From positions 1 to 64,000 of the forward strand of contig JABLTG010000027.1 of assembly GCA_016618085.1 (NCBI GenBank): 64,000 nt of DNA, written 5' to 3'. Below the pieces are notes generated by a model. The model searched no databases, was not told the DNA's origin, and saw only the letters and a list, made by a program, of their open reading frames with translations. The stretch is from Neovahlkampfia damariscottae (Eukaryota). Positions 50,390 through 62,837 of this stretch are shown here, in pieces (the first letter of the stretch is position 1; every line of letters begins with the position of its first letter). A program made the position numbers and the translations under genes.

Positions 50390-51309
50390 ATGCAATTGAA
50401 CATCTCTCAAAAAATGAAGAACTACCAACCAAAATTCTATCCAAAGTGTAACATCTTAATAACAGGCCAAAGTGGAGCTGGAAAATCGAGTAAGAAAAAT
50501 AAAAAAATATATCTAACAATAAAAAGGTTTGATTGGAAGTATATCATCTGCAATCAGTTCATCCAGTAACTTTGATCACAAAAAAGCACCAGCAAGAAAA
50601 AAAATGGAAGATGGTCAAAAAACTGAACTCTATTGCGAACTCAAGTTGACAGATTCTATTTCTCTTTGGGATACAGTTGGTTGGAATAATCAGATTTATC
50701 TCAATGGAGAATTTGGACACATGCTCAATGGAACCATGGAAAATGGACACCACTATAAATCAACTCAATTCCTCTCAAATGCTATTCCTGAGAACAAAAT
50801 TGATATTGTGATTGTTGTTTGTAGTCAATCTCAAATTATTAACAATCCTGATCATTTGAAAAAAATGAAAAAAAGTCTACTTGTTCACGCCCAAGAACTC
50901 AGTAAGACTCGTTCAATTATTAATCTTTATAGAAATTCCAATAATCTATGCTGTTACAATGGTTGACAAAATCAAAAATATACAAAATAAATTGGAGAAT
51001 CTTCTTGCAATGGATCCTGGTCAAGCTTACAATATTATTGAAAATGATAGCACAGTGGAAAAAATCACAACAATCATCCAAGAACAAGTTGAAGACGAAG
51101 AAGCTGTAGTTATACCTGTAATCAACAATCCGATCAACAAAACAAGAAAAGTTCCTCTAAATGTTTGTAGTTGCGAAACTTTGTTGGAAAACATTCTAGA
51201 GCTCCTCCCTGATGGATCAAATTCAACTCAAAATTCAGATCTGGAATGGAAACTTTTCAACCCTTTTGAAGATGAAGAAATAATCATTGCTGAACCTTAT
51301 TACAAATAA
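50390..51309 (+). CDS. IFI44-like P-loop GTPase (3 exons)
   Basis: NILITGQSGAGKSS|LIGSI, LWDTVGW, Y..GEF..MLNG.M, IDIVIVV, IP..AVTMVD. Confidence 0.7.
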
Positions 51310-51313
51310 AAAT

Positions 51314-53004
51314 TTATTTTTCAATTAAATTTAGCATTTCAATTAACAATTTCATTTGATCATTATTTTCAAATTCATATTCTTCCATATCTAATTCACC
51401 TGCATGCACCGCGAAATATATAGCTCTTCTTTTTGATTTTTCTGAGTTCAATTGAATACCAGAAGGAAAATTGGGAATTTTCTCAAAAATCTTTTGTGAA
51501 CCCCAATACTGTTTATAAACATCATCAGCAGTACACCCCAAAAGAGAAATGAAAATACAACTTTCAGTACCTTTTAATTTGAGAATTAAATGGATTTCTT
51601 ACTTGATTTTTTCTTAATTCTATATTGTAATTCATCATAATACTGATCTTGATTTAAAGAAAAAGGAGCTACATTGAAGAATAAAACAACATCAACAATT
51701 TGGTTATCTTCCAATGATATTTGAATGATTTCAGTTTTGATACTTTCTCCATCACACATTTGTTGAAAAATTTTCACAAAACCTCTTGGAGTTTTGTCAC
51801 CAATTACACCAACTGACAATTTCTTTTCAGGATGAACAAAAACATCTAAATCTATTTTATTATTGAATGAATCAAAAATAGTGAATGTCCCTTCACCTGA
51901 ATGTTTCGTAATGAAATTACTTTCATATGTTCCATCCACATTATATTTAAAGAATAAATTTGAAGTTTCTGTTGAGTTGGTAAATTTTCCTTTGACTATT
52001 AATTCGGAATCAGTGATTCTATTTCCCATTTCATCAAATACTCCTATTTTTTGAACTGATTTTGAATTTTGAATAATTTTTTCAGTTGAAAGAAATTTCA
52101 AATTTGAAAGATGAATTCCACCAGATTTGACATTTAAATTTTTGGGAATCCCAACAATATTTGTTGAATTAATCTTAATATTTAGAAAATCATCATTTCT
52201 TGGAATGAAAGTGAACATCATTTTTCCTTTTGAAACTGCTTCAAAATTTATATTTTCACTTCCAAAGTTGCCATCAATTTTGAAATTTGAAGGAGAAAAA
52301 CAAATTTGATTATTTTTATTTCTTAGCGTCAAAATTCCAGTACATTTTTTACCAGAGATTAAAGGTTCATTTATTTCAAAAGTTGTGAATTTAGCATCTG
52401 GTGAATTATGTATCTTGAAAGGTAATTGTATTGTACTCGAAAATTTCTTTTTTTTTTGTTTGGTGGAAGAAATAACTTCATAAACCACAACATTACCAGG
52501 ATTTAATTGATTATCTTCAAATGAATAATCATTTGTTTCAAAAATTTGTTGATTATTTTTGAAAACTGAAAAGTATTGTTCATCTGAAGAGAACTGTTTG
52601 TATTTTGGTTTCCATTCAACTAAAACATTATTATTCTTTAATAGTTTTGTAGTGACAATAATATCAATTGGATTTTTAATTTTAGGTTTTGAATAGTGTT
52701 TTTCTTTGATGAATAATTGAGGTTTAGGAGGTGAATTATCTCTGAGAGCTATAGCTTTTTGAATTGAATTTAATGCATCCAAAAGATGATCATTTTGTTT
52801 TTCCATTTTATCAGGATGATTTTCAGAGATCCAAAGAAGTATTTTTTGAAAGTCAAGAATTTCTTTTTTCCAAGTTACTTCTGTAGAAAACCAATACTTC
52901 TTATCTGTGGTACGAGTTAATAAATCAGTAAGTTCCTTTGAATTCATTTTTTCTTTCAATAAAAATTCTAATAAATCATTAAGGTTAGTGTGAGGAAAAT
53001 CCAT
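51314..53004 (-). CDS. Hypothetical protein with FN3/Ig-like beta domains
   Basis: VEWKP..FSVFKN..SFEDNQLNPG..YEV (FN3-like), followed by filamin/Ig-like beta-rich segments. Intron near 51570-51605. Confidence 0.55.
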
Positions 53005-53115
53005 GTTTTGAATAATTAGTGATTTTCATTGGTGAGTCTAAAAATAGACAAAGATTGAAATTTTGATTTATTATAAGATGAAACTGGTAAATTTAACTGA
53101 ATTTTATCGAAGAAA

Positions 53116-54879
53116 TTATATCAATGGAATCGCACAACCATCAGATCTACGATCAGATCCTCCCCAAAGAACATTATTTTCATCTTTCAAAATAATTTGT
53201 CCTCTTCCAAATTTTGATTGACTCCAACCTTTAATAATTCGTAATTTATGTTTCTTCTCTTTTAATCCATTAATTGTCACTTCATTAATCCCATCTTCAA
53301 TTAAAATATCATTTTGATCATGATCTGCGTCTATCAATATACGTGGTTTATCAATAGCCACTTGAGGATTCATACCAAACTCCACCATATTCAGAAAAAC
53401 TTGTACATGAGCTTGAAAAATCAGTGGACCTATTAGATTTACCTTGAGGTTGAGCAAAACCACCCATAACACCAAATGCTAAAAAAATCTCATCATTCTT
53501 AGTTGCTATTGCAGGACTTTAATAGATGATAAAAAAAAAATGAAAAAATTACATGATGGTGTGATAAGGTCTTTTTTCTGGTTGGTAACAATTGGAATGA
53601 CCTTTTTCAAGAACAAAATTTGAACCTCTATTTTGAAGTGGAAATCCACAATTCTTTGGTGAAATTCCAGTTCCAAAATCACAATAATTCGAATTAACAA
53701 AAGAACATGCATTTCCTTCTTGATCAATAACACAAAATTGAATGGTATCCGAAGAATACAAAGGTGATCTGAATAATAGTTAATGTCTATTTTTCTTACC
53801 CACTTTCAATATTTTGAGAATTTCCTTCCACATCAATAATTTTACTTCTTTCTTTTGCATATTCTTTTGAGAGCAATTTTTGGATGATTTGTTCATCCAT
53901 CATTTCAGGATCACCAACATACTTTTTAGTATCTGAAAATGCACACTTTAATGCTTCAATGATTGTATGCAAATATTTAGTGGAGTTATATTCCATTGAA
54001 CTCAAATCAAAGTTTTCAAGAATATTCAAAGCAATTAATGCACAAATACCTTGTGAATTTGGACCAACTTCATGAATATCAATACCTTTATAATTTATTG
54101 ATATTGAGTCTGTGATTAAAGTTGAATGATTCTTTAAATCCTCCAATGATAATTCACCTCCATTTTCTTGAATTACTTTGACTATTTCTTCGGCAATCCA
54201 ACCTTCATAAAATACTTTTCTACCATATTTTGAAATATCTTTGAGTACTTTGGATAATCCTTCATTTTTAAAAATTTCACCTTCCTTTGGAGCTTTTTGA
54301 TTCTTCAATAATTCTTCTCCATTCGGAACTGACAATAAAAATTTTTCTCTTTTTTTCCATAAATATGATGTTATTGTAGAAACAGGAAATCCATTTTCTG
54401 CAAATTCAATCGCTGGTTTGAGGAGTTCTCCAAAGTTTAATTTTCCGAATTTTTCAGAAATGTCCTGCCAACCGGCTACAGCACCTGGAACAGTGATAGA
54501 ATTTGGACCTCTTGATTTTTCGTAATTCTTTGAAAATTTATCATAACTCAAATTTTTTGGTGATTTTCCAGAACTTTAAAAAATTTACATTTTTTTCTTG
54601 ATTCTTTACCCATTTATTGATGTGACTTTTTTGCTGCTTGAATCATAAAATAAGCAGAAACAATCACCACCAATTCCTGTCGAGCATGGTTCAATTACTG
54701 ATAAACATGCAGACATGGCAATACAAGCATCCTTAATTTTTTAGTGTTTTTTTTTTTACAGCTGAATTTCCACCTTTTTCAAGTATTGTAGTTCCTACTT
54801 TTGATACTAATGGTTGTGAACTTGAACATATTCCTTTTAAACTAAAAACTGGTGATCTTGTTGAATAAGGTTGATTCAT
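53116..54879 (-). CDS. Gamma-glutamyltransferase (YwrD-like)
   Basis: [70 protein letters not shown]. Confidence 0.95.
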
Positions 54880-54925
54880 ATTTTGTGATTGGATAATTAA
54901 CCGCCTTTGAAACCGATTTATTTAA

Positions 54926-57649
54926 ATGGGACAAGACTTACCAAAATTTTTCTCCAACACCAAGGAAGAGTTCAAGTTTTGCTTTATTACAAATGAAAAA
55001 CATGAAATACTTCATTCAAAATACAGAACAAACTTGCTGAAAGAGGAAGAAAAAAAAATTATCAAAGAGTTGAAATATGTCATTCAAAACAAAGTATTAT
55101 TTTTGTTAATTTTTTAAATTTTAGCTTCCATTTGGTTGTATTCAAAAATTTTCAAAAGAAAATTTTTTTGTTACAAACAGCGTTGGAATACCAAATCTAG
55201 AGATGATCAAAAAAATTTTTGTTCATGAATTTGAAAATTTATACCCAAAAAATTCAAAAGAGTTTGATGTTATTGATGAATTTGCTTCAAAACCAAATGA
55301 ATTTGTTGAAAAAATAAAATCAAAAATGACAGGAAGAGAGTTTGTTGCAAAAGGAGTTACATTGACAAAAAAAGATTATAATAATTTTGAAAAAGGTGTA
55401 AGGCATCAAATTTTATTTCATTTTTTGTTTTAAGTTGGATTTGACTTTAACATTGAATCATCAAAATATTGTGAAAAATTATTGTTGGTTTAAGGAAGAT
55501 TACGAGATAAACAGCTCAAATGGGATAATTAAAAAGATGATAAAGTATTATTTAATCATGAATTTCGAATCAAAAGGAGATTTGACCAAAAATTTCATTA
55601 ATTTTCAAACAACTGAAGTATTTTCTTTTTTTTCTAATTTAAAGGACTATTTGAATATGGTGCGACAGATATGCTCTGGTTTAAGTTATTTGCATTCAAA
55701 AAAGATAATGCATCGAGATATTAAACCACAAAACGTTTTAGTATCCGAGAATGGAATTCTGAAATTATGTGATTTAGAATTCTTGAGAGAGACTGAAGGA
55801 GGTGGAACCAGAACATTTGTTGGAACACCTGGTTATATTGCACCAGAAACCATCACAGGGAATTACACTGAAAAAATTGATATCTTTTCTTTGGGCGTGT
55901 TAATATTACAAATGTATGTGAAACAAGATAAATTAAAGTTTATGCCTGAAAAAAAAGAAATTCTGAAGAATATGAAGAAATATGATCCTATACTACATGA
56001 AATATGTTCTTCGTGTCTTGAAACTGAAGCAAAGGATAGAATGTCAGCAGACGATATTGTTTCATTCATTGACAAAAAATTGAAAAATGAAACAAAAATT
56101 CAATTTCAATTTGAATCTCTCACTGATTATTTAACTGTGTTAGATTTTGTTAATTGTGAAAAGATAACTTTTTCAAATGACAAGAAAATTAAGGAATTGT
56201 TATTAAAAGATAAATCATCTTTTAAATTGATAAAAAAGTACATCAAGCACCATAATAAGTATAAGATGATCGAGCACAGATGTTCAATACTGCAAAGTTT
56301 TGACATCAATTTGAAATCAGAATCTATTGAAAAACTAAAAAGGAGCAAAAATGAAAAAATTCTAAAAATGCTTGGATTTTGTTGTATACATTTAAATGAA
56401 GACAATCAAATGATTTCATTGATTGAAAATTCAAATATAAAAGAAAGTGATATTATCAAATACTTTGAAAATTCAGAAACAACGATGAGAGTAAAATACA
56501 GATACTCCAGGGGTTGTATTTTGACTGGTGTTTTGAAAAATACACAAAATGAAATTTTTTCTTATTTTGAAGAATTGAATGAAAAGAAATACTTCAATGC
56601 CAAATTTTATCTTGGATTTTGTTATTATCTTGGAATTGGAACAAAAACAGATTTTGGAAAAGCAGTAGAATTATTCAAAAACTCATCAGAGAAAGGTGAA
56701 TTATATGCTAGTGCGATGTTGGGAATTTGTTACTTGAATGGTGAAGGAGTTGAAATAGATTTAGATTCCTCAATTTATCATCTTCAATTATTTTTGAATG
56801 AACAAAAAGATGAGAATTTCAACTATGAAAATGTCAAAAATATTTATCAAAAATTCAAGGTAAAAAATCAATTTTTCATTTTGTTGTTAGAACAATGAGT
56901 ATGATTCGATGAAAGAGTTTGAGATCTTATCATTTCTACCTCATTACAGTTTTAAATTAATTCTGAAGAACAAAAAGTTGAGATTTGAATTGATGAATCC
57001 ATATCTAGATTATTTCGCTTTTTATTTGAATCGAGAAAAAGATTCAATTATGTTGGAAGCCATTAATGAAATGATTACAAAATCTACTGATGCTCTTTAT
57101 TTTGGAAGTACTATTCAATTTTATTAACTTTCCAAGCAAAACATATTGGAGATAAAGGATGTGAACCGATTGCAGCAGCATTGATGAATAATAATTCATT
57201 AGAAAGGTTAATTTTATGGAGTAAATTAAAATTTCTTACTAACCTTCAAGATAACAGCATATCAGATGAAGGATGTTGTTATCTAATGAGTAGTTTAATG
57301 AAAAATCATTGGTTAAAAGAGTTGAATCTAAAAGATAATGAAATTACATCAGAAAGTTGTAAATCAATTGCGAATATGTTATCAAATAATAAATCATTAC
57401 AGTCATTGGATCTCAGTGGTACTTTCAATTTTCTAAATTAACTTCAACAATTAGGTAATAAAATTGGTAATAGTGGATGTGAAATCATTGCATCTGCATT
57501 AGAAAATAATAATTCATTGAAGTATTTAAATCTTCATCGTAAGAACTTTTCACAACAATTTTTAATTTCAATTAGAAAATGGAATTACTTCAAAAAGAAT
57601 CAAAGAAATTTGTTTGAAAAAAGGTATTGTATTTCCAACAAAAGGATAA
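54926..57649 (+). CDS. Ser/Thr kinase with Sel1 repeats and C-terminal RNI-like LRRs (multi-exon)
   Basis: HRDIKPQN, DLE (in place of DFG), GTPGYIAPE, DIFSLG; LGFCYYLGIGT..AVELF; LxxNxSLxxLxL..NxIxDxG repeats. Confidence 0.78.
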
Positions 57650-58094
57650 TAGATTTATTGTTTCTAAAAATCATAACATCTTCCATTTTTTTCCCAATCT
57701 CCAAAACGAGTTGGTTCTGGTCCTTTTGGTCCATTATTTTCACCTTGAAAATATTTTCAAAACATATGTTGATATTACCTGTTTCTTCATTTCTATAACT
57801 TTTTGCTTCTCTTTTTACAGTAGTTTGTTGTTGACTTTGTTTGTCCAGTTCATCTAAAAAATTATCAAAAGACATTCCTTTTTTTTTTTGTTTTTCAAAT
57901 AATTGCTGGATTTTATCATCATCAACTAATAATTATTAATTGATTAATTCTTTACCTGTGTTTGTTGACCTCCATTTTTTTGTAGCTTCGTCTAATTCAA
58001 AGTCACCACTTGATTTTCCAGCAGAAGGAATTGGAATTCTTGGACCTTCTTTGATATAACTTCGTACACTTTGTCTCAAAATTTTTTTCATCAT
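57650..58094 (-). CDS. Small hypothetical protein, possible mitochondrial presequence
   Basis: [13 protein letters not shown].. joined by short introns to ORF 57600-57875. 3' end uncertain. Confidence 0.45.
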
Positions 58095-58157
58095 TTGTTC
58101 ACAATCTCCAATTTTTTTGTTCCGAAAAATACAACCAATGAAAATCAAAGTTTTATT

Positions 58158-59082
58158 TTATGATAAAATCTCAGCACGAATTTTTTCCAATAAAGGACCT
58201 AATTCATCATCACCTTGACATATAATCTTTCTCTTGCCAGTTCTAACCAAAGAATCCAAACAAAACTTGCTGTGAAAAAATTTTGTTTTCACAGCAATAT
58301 ATTTATCAACTTTCATTAAATCTGCATCCAAGTAATGTTTAACAGAAGGATACATTTTTCCATCAATTTGAATACCATAGTTTGAATAATTTGAAAAAAC
58401 TGAAGAATCATCATCATGATCAAAAATGAGTGGATTTTCAGACATTGATTTGTGCATTGAAAAATCATCAAAAACTAATTTTAAGTCATCAAATGAACTT
58501 AATTTAATAGAATCATCTAATTTCTTGAAACTTGCTTTTTCCAAAATCCACCAACAATTTGTGTCTTGAATTAAATTTTTAACTTTTTCACTTTTTGTAG
58601 GAATAGTTTGAAATTTTGATTCTGTTGGATGATTAATAATATTTTTGAAAATTGAGTTCAAAAGGTTGATATTTCCTTGTTCAATTTTTGTAAAAAGGTC
58701 AAAAAGTTTGGTATAAACTTCAGTTTCATTTCCACCAAATTGTTGGATTTTTTCACGAACAGAATCCATATCTGCACCTTGTACACTGAATAATTGTTCA
58801 CTACTTTTATAAATATGAAATGTTGGCATAGCTCTAATACCACAACCAGCTGCAATTTCTTTGCAAACATCAACATCAACTTTTAAAAAATTGACATTTG
58901 GGTATGTGTATGATAAACTTTCAAATTCAGGAGCTATCATTTTACAAGGTCCACACCACTGTATAAAAAATTTGAGATTTTTTTTTTTTTTTTACTGTTG
59001 CAAAGAAATCAACGACACATAGTTTATCACCCTTGACGTAGTTTGTAAATTCTTGTGTGTTATTTATGTGGACAACTGACAT
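58158..59082 (-). CDS. Thioredoxin + PUB-like + degenerate NADAR (YbiA-like) fusion
   Basis: VDFFAT|WCGPCKMIAP; IFKNIINHPTESKFQTI (PUB-like); FSNY..IDGKMYPSVKHY..KF..LVRTG..LGPLLEKIR (NADAR-like). Confidence 0.8.
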
Positions 59083-59152
59083 GAATTTTGTTTATTTTTA
59101 AAAATAAATAAACCAATAATATTTTGTTTATTTTTATCGTTGGAAAACTCCT

Positions 59153-60957
59153 TTATTTTTTTGTTTCTAAAATCAATTTTCCAACAGAATCTGTTTTCAA
59201 ATGTTGTTCATAATTTTCCAATGTCAAAAATTCATCATTTAATTCGTAAGTAGATTTCAAAGTTGATAAAATGGAAGGCATTAAATGTTTCGATCTATTC
59301 CCAATTCTACTTCTTTTCTCTTTTTTGGTTAAAGTTTTCTTCGTATTGAATGAAAGAACTAAAGAAATTCAATTCAATTCAAATTGTTACCATGAAAATA
59401 TCTCAAAAACGTTTTTTCATCATCAATTTTTTTGAATGATTGAAGAACAATACCAAATGACAAATAATGCTTTCTCTTCTTTCCATCTCCCATCGTAATT
59501 TCAACAGGTTTCTTCCAATCAAATTCTTCGTTTGACTGCAATTTTCTACTTTCAATAGGTCTTGAAAAAAATAAGTATTCTTCATCATCTCCTTGTTTAT
59601 TATAAGTAACTGTATGAGCACTTGATTGTTTCATGTATCTACTATCACCTGGATATAAATAATCCATTTCTACAATAGCAACTCCTCGTTTATTTATCAA
59701 TGATACTTCACATTCTTCTTGTATCAATTGATTATACTTTTCATAACCAAGATATTCTATTTCATCAACAGCTAAACAATCATTATCATATTTTAAACGA
59801 TTCCTTAACAAAGTCAAAGAACAAATAACATGCTCCAATGGATAATTAACAATTCCTTCGTATTTATAGACTGTATATTTTGAATGGAAGAAAAAAAACT
59901 AACCTGTAATGTCATCAACTAAAGAAACTTTTGGAATGTAATTATTTGTTCCAATGAAAGTATTGATTGTTTTGGTTGACAGCAAATCATAGTCAAATGA
60001 GTCTTCTGCTGCTTTTTTGAAGTACTCAATATGAGAATCCAGTATAATATTTCCTTTGACGAATTCATTGGTATAACTTCCTTTTAAAGCTATCACAGGC
60101 AACAAAACTTTTGGATTATTTTTGTACCTGGATAAAACGTGTAAACAGTTAATAGATCTGATAAATCTTGGAAAAACGTCCACTATCATTTCAGATCTAA
60201 CAATTTTTTTTGTTTCTTCAAAAATAGAATCAATGTCAACATTCAACAGCCATTTAGTATCTTTTTCTTCATTCAATTGTGGTTGTAAGGAATTCAATAG
60301 TTTTCTTTTTGTAACACCACTTATATTTACCAATTTTGGACTTTTGTCTGAAATATGAGTCATGACAATTTCTTTCATGCATTTTATTTTGTCTTTTGTT
60401 GACTTCAATTTTTCATATTTTTCAACTGATTGTAAAAATTCCCATGGTTCTGGATTTATTTCAATTTTCAGAAATTCATAAAAAGCATCTCCAATATCTT
60501 TATATTCAAAAATGGTTTGGTGATCAATGGTGTAGTTTGTAAGTGTAAAATCTTCATCAACATGTGATTCATCTTGAAGTAAGTCACCTAATTTTCTGAT
60601 ATTGTTTACTAAAATTTCACTATTTCGTTGTAGTAAACTTTTTCTTTGTGAGCCTCGGTCCGGTGTTGGACTGTCTTGTGTAATTTTTAAAGAACTTCGT
60701 TTGACAAAAAATGAATCAAATATTTTGAATTGTCCTGACAATCTTACACTTTCTTCACTGGTAATTTCAAAAGTTGTTGTTGAAGAAGAACGAGGTGAAG
60801 TTAATTTTAATGAACGTCGCAAACTTGAACGTTGATTTTTCAGGTACACAGGTTGTTCCTGAAGTGTTGGTGAAGTAATTTGCTCTGGAACTTGCACATC
60901 TTCATTATTTAACTCAACGGACTTCCGCTTGAATAACAAATTCTTCAGATTCTTCAT
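59153..60957 (-). CDS. RGS-domain protein with a C-terminal domain of unknown function
   Basis: AFYEFLKIEINPEPWEFL..HISDKSPKLVNIS..IFEET..DVFPRFIRS. Confidence 0.85.
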
Positions 60958-61127
60958 TAATTTTCCTATCCAATCATTTTTCGGATATTTTCAAAGTTTG
61001 TATGCAACAACATTATGATGCAAAATACTTGTTCAAAAAAAAAAATTCTTTGTCAAAGCGCAATTTAAGGTTCAGAATAATCCACCAATCAAAAACATTT
61101 TTAGTCAGTTCGTCTTTTCCAACGAAC

Positions 61128-62744
61128 ATGAGTAACAAAAGAAGTTTAGAAGATCCAAGAGAGCCAAACTGCAAAAAAACAAAAACATCACCAAATTATG
61201 TTGAAATATATGAGAAATCACTAGAGCTGTATAAAAAAGAAAAAATTTCAGAAAAAAATCTTTGGAAAATAGAACTTCTTGAACACTTCACCGACCTACT
61301 TGAAGCAAAAGAAATATTTGGAACAAATAATTCATTCATAAAGTTTAACTTTGAGGCATTTGGGTAAAAAAAAAGAAAAAAATTAAATGTAAAAAAATGC
61401 GTAGGATTCTTTTAGAACTTGGAAGTACAATTTACTCAAATAGAATTGATAGTATATATGATGAATCAATTTTCATCAAAAATAAATTTAACAGAAGCAC
61501 AACAGAAAAAAAAAATACAACACAGAAAGCAACTTCAACACCTCGTATCACAAAAGAACAAGAAATATCAAAAAATTTTGATGAAATATGTAATAATTTA
61601 GGGAAAATTGAATCAAACTTGAGAATTTTCTCAAATAATGAAGCTTCAAATGGATTAACTTCATCATTATTTGTAAATAAACTTTCAACAATGAATAATA
61701 ATTCTATTTTTGAGTTATTCTTGGATTTTTATGAAAGGGAAGGTAATTTGAATGAAGAAAATGAAGAAAACATCACAATTCCAATTGGTAAACCAAACAA
61801 TTATTTTTTTAAATGAATCAATAGATCTGTTACCAAATATTGAATCTCCAAGATCAGAAAGAGAAATTGAATCATTAAGGGACAATTCTTTTGGAAATGA
61901 TGGTTTTGAAACTGCATATAATTATCCAGCTCCAGAATTTGATGATGAAATTCCTAACGTTGGACCAACTATTCCAAGCTCTCCAATTCCTGAGAACGTG
62001 GAAATTGAAGTAGAACAAAACTCACATGATATTTCTGGTGATGATTTCATGATATTAATTGAAGAATCTTCCCAAGAAATTACTATATCTCCTTCTACAT
62101 CAACTTCAAAAAAAACTAAAAAATCACCAAATTGTTGGAAACCACAAATGTCTTCCAGTCAAATTGTACCAAGTAATAAAACATTGTCAAAAAAATCTAA
62201 AAGAAACTTGGATTTTGATGAAAGAGGTTCACAAAGAAAGAAGAAATGTAGAGATGAAAATTCATCACTGCGTCTTATCATCGTAGATTCACCAGAAGAT
62301 CAAGCAGAAAATAATTGGAGACCTATGAGACTTGTAATTGATAATCCAATTGAAAAAGAACTCCCTTTTATACCAACCTTTGATGATGAAGAATTTGATC
62401 CAGTTGGATTCCAAGATGATGAACCAGGAGTGCAACAAGAAAAAATTATTCAACAAGAAGAAGAAATTACTCCTATAGAATCATTTTCGGTCACAAATCC
62501 TCCAAATCAAGAGACTCTTCTAGAAAAAGAAAAGAAAATTCGAAATGGAATGTGGGAAAAAATTAAAAATCAAGAAAATACTTATTTCTCAGAAATTCTT
62601 AAATCTGATGAACTTCATGATGAAGTAGGATCGAATTTTGTGTCACTATTGCACTTGGCAGCACAAAAGGGATTATCATTGGAAAATGAAAACAATGAGG
62701 AATTAAGTGATATTCTTATAAAAAATTGTAAAATCATTCAATAA
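61128..62744 (+). CDS. Divergent condensin kleisin (CAP-H/Brn1-like)
   Basis: KISEKNLWKIELL..NFEAF..IYSNRIDSIY (N-terminal kleisin motif) and FVSLLHLAAQKGLSL (C-terminal winged helix). Confidence 0.72.
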
Positions 62745-62837
62745 ATGTTAATTTAATTATTTCAATATCAAATTCATGCAAACTTTGATTATTTCAAAAT
62801 AAAAAGAATGAAGAAATATGATTGGTCCACGAATGCA

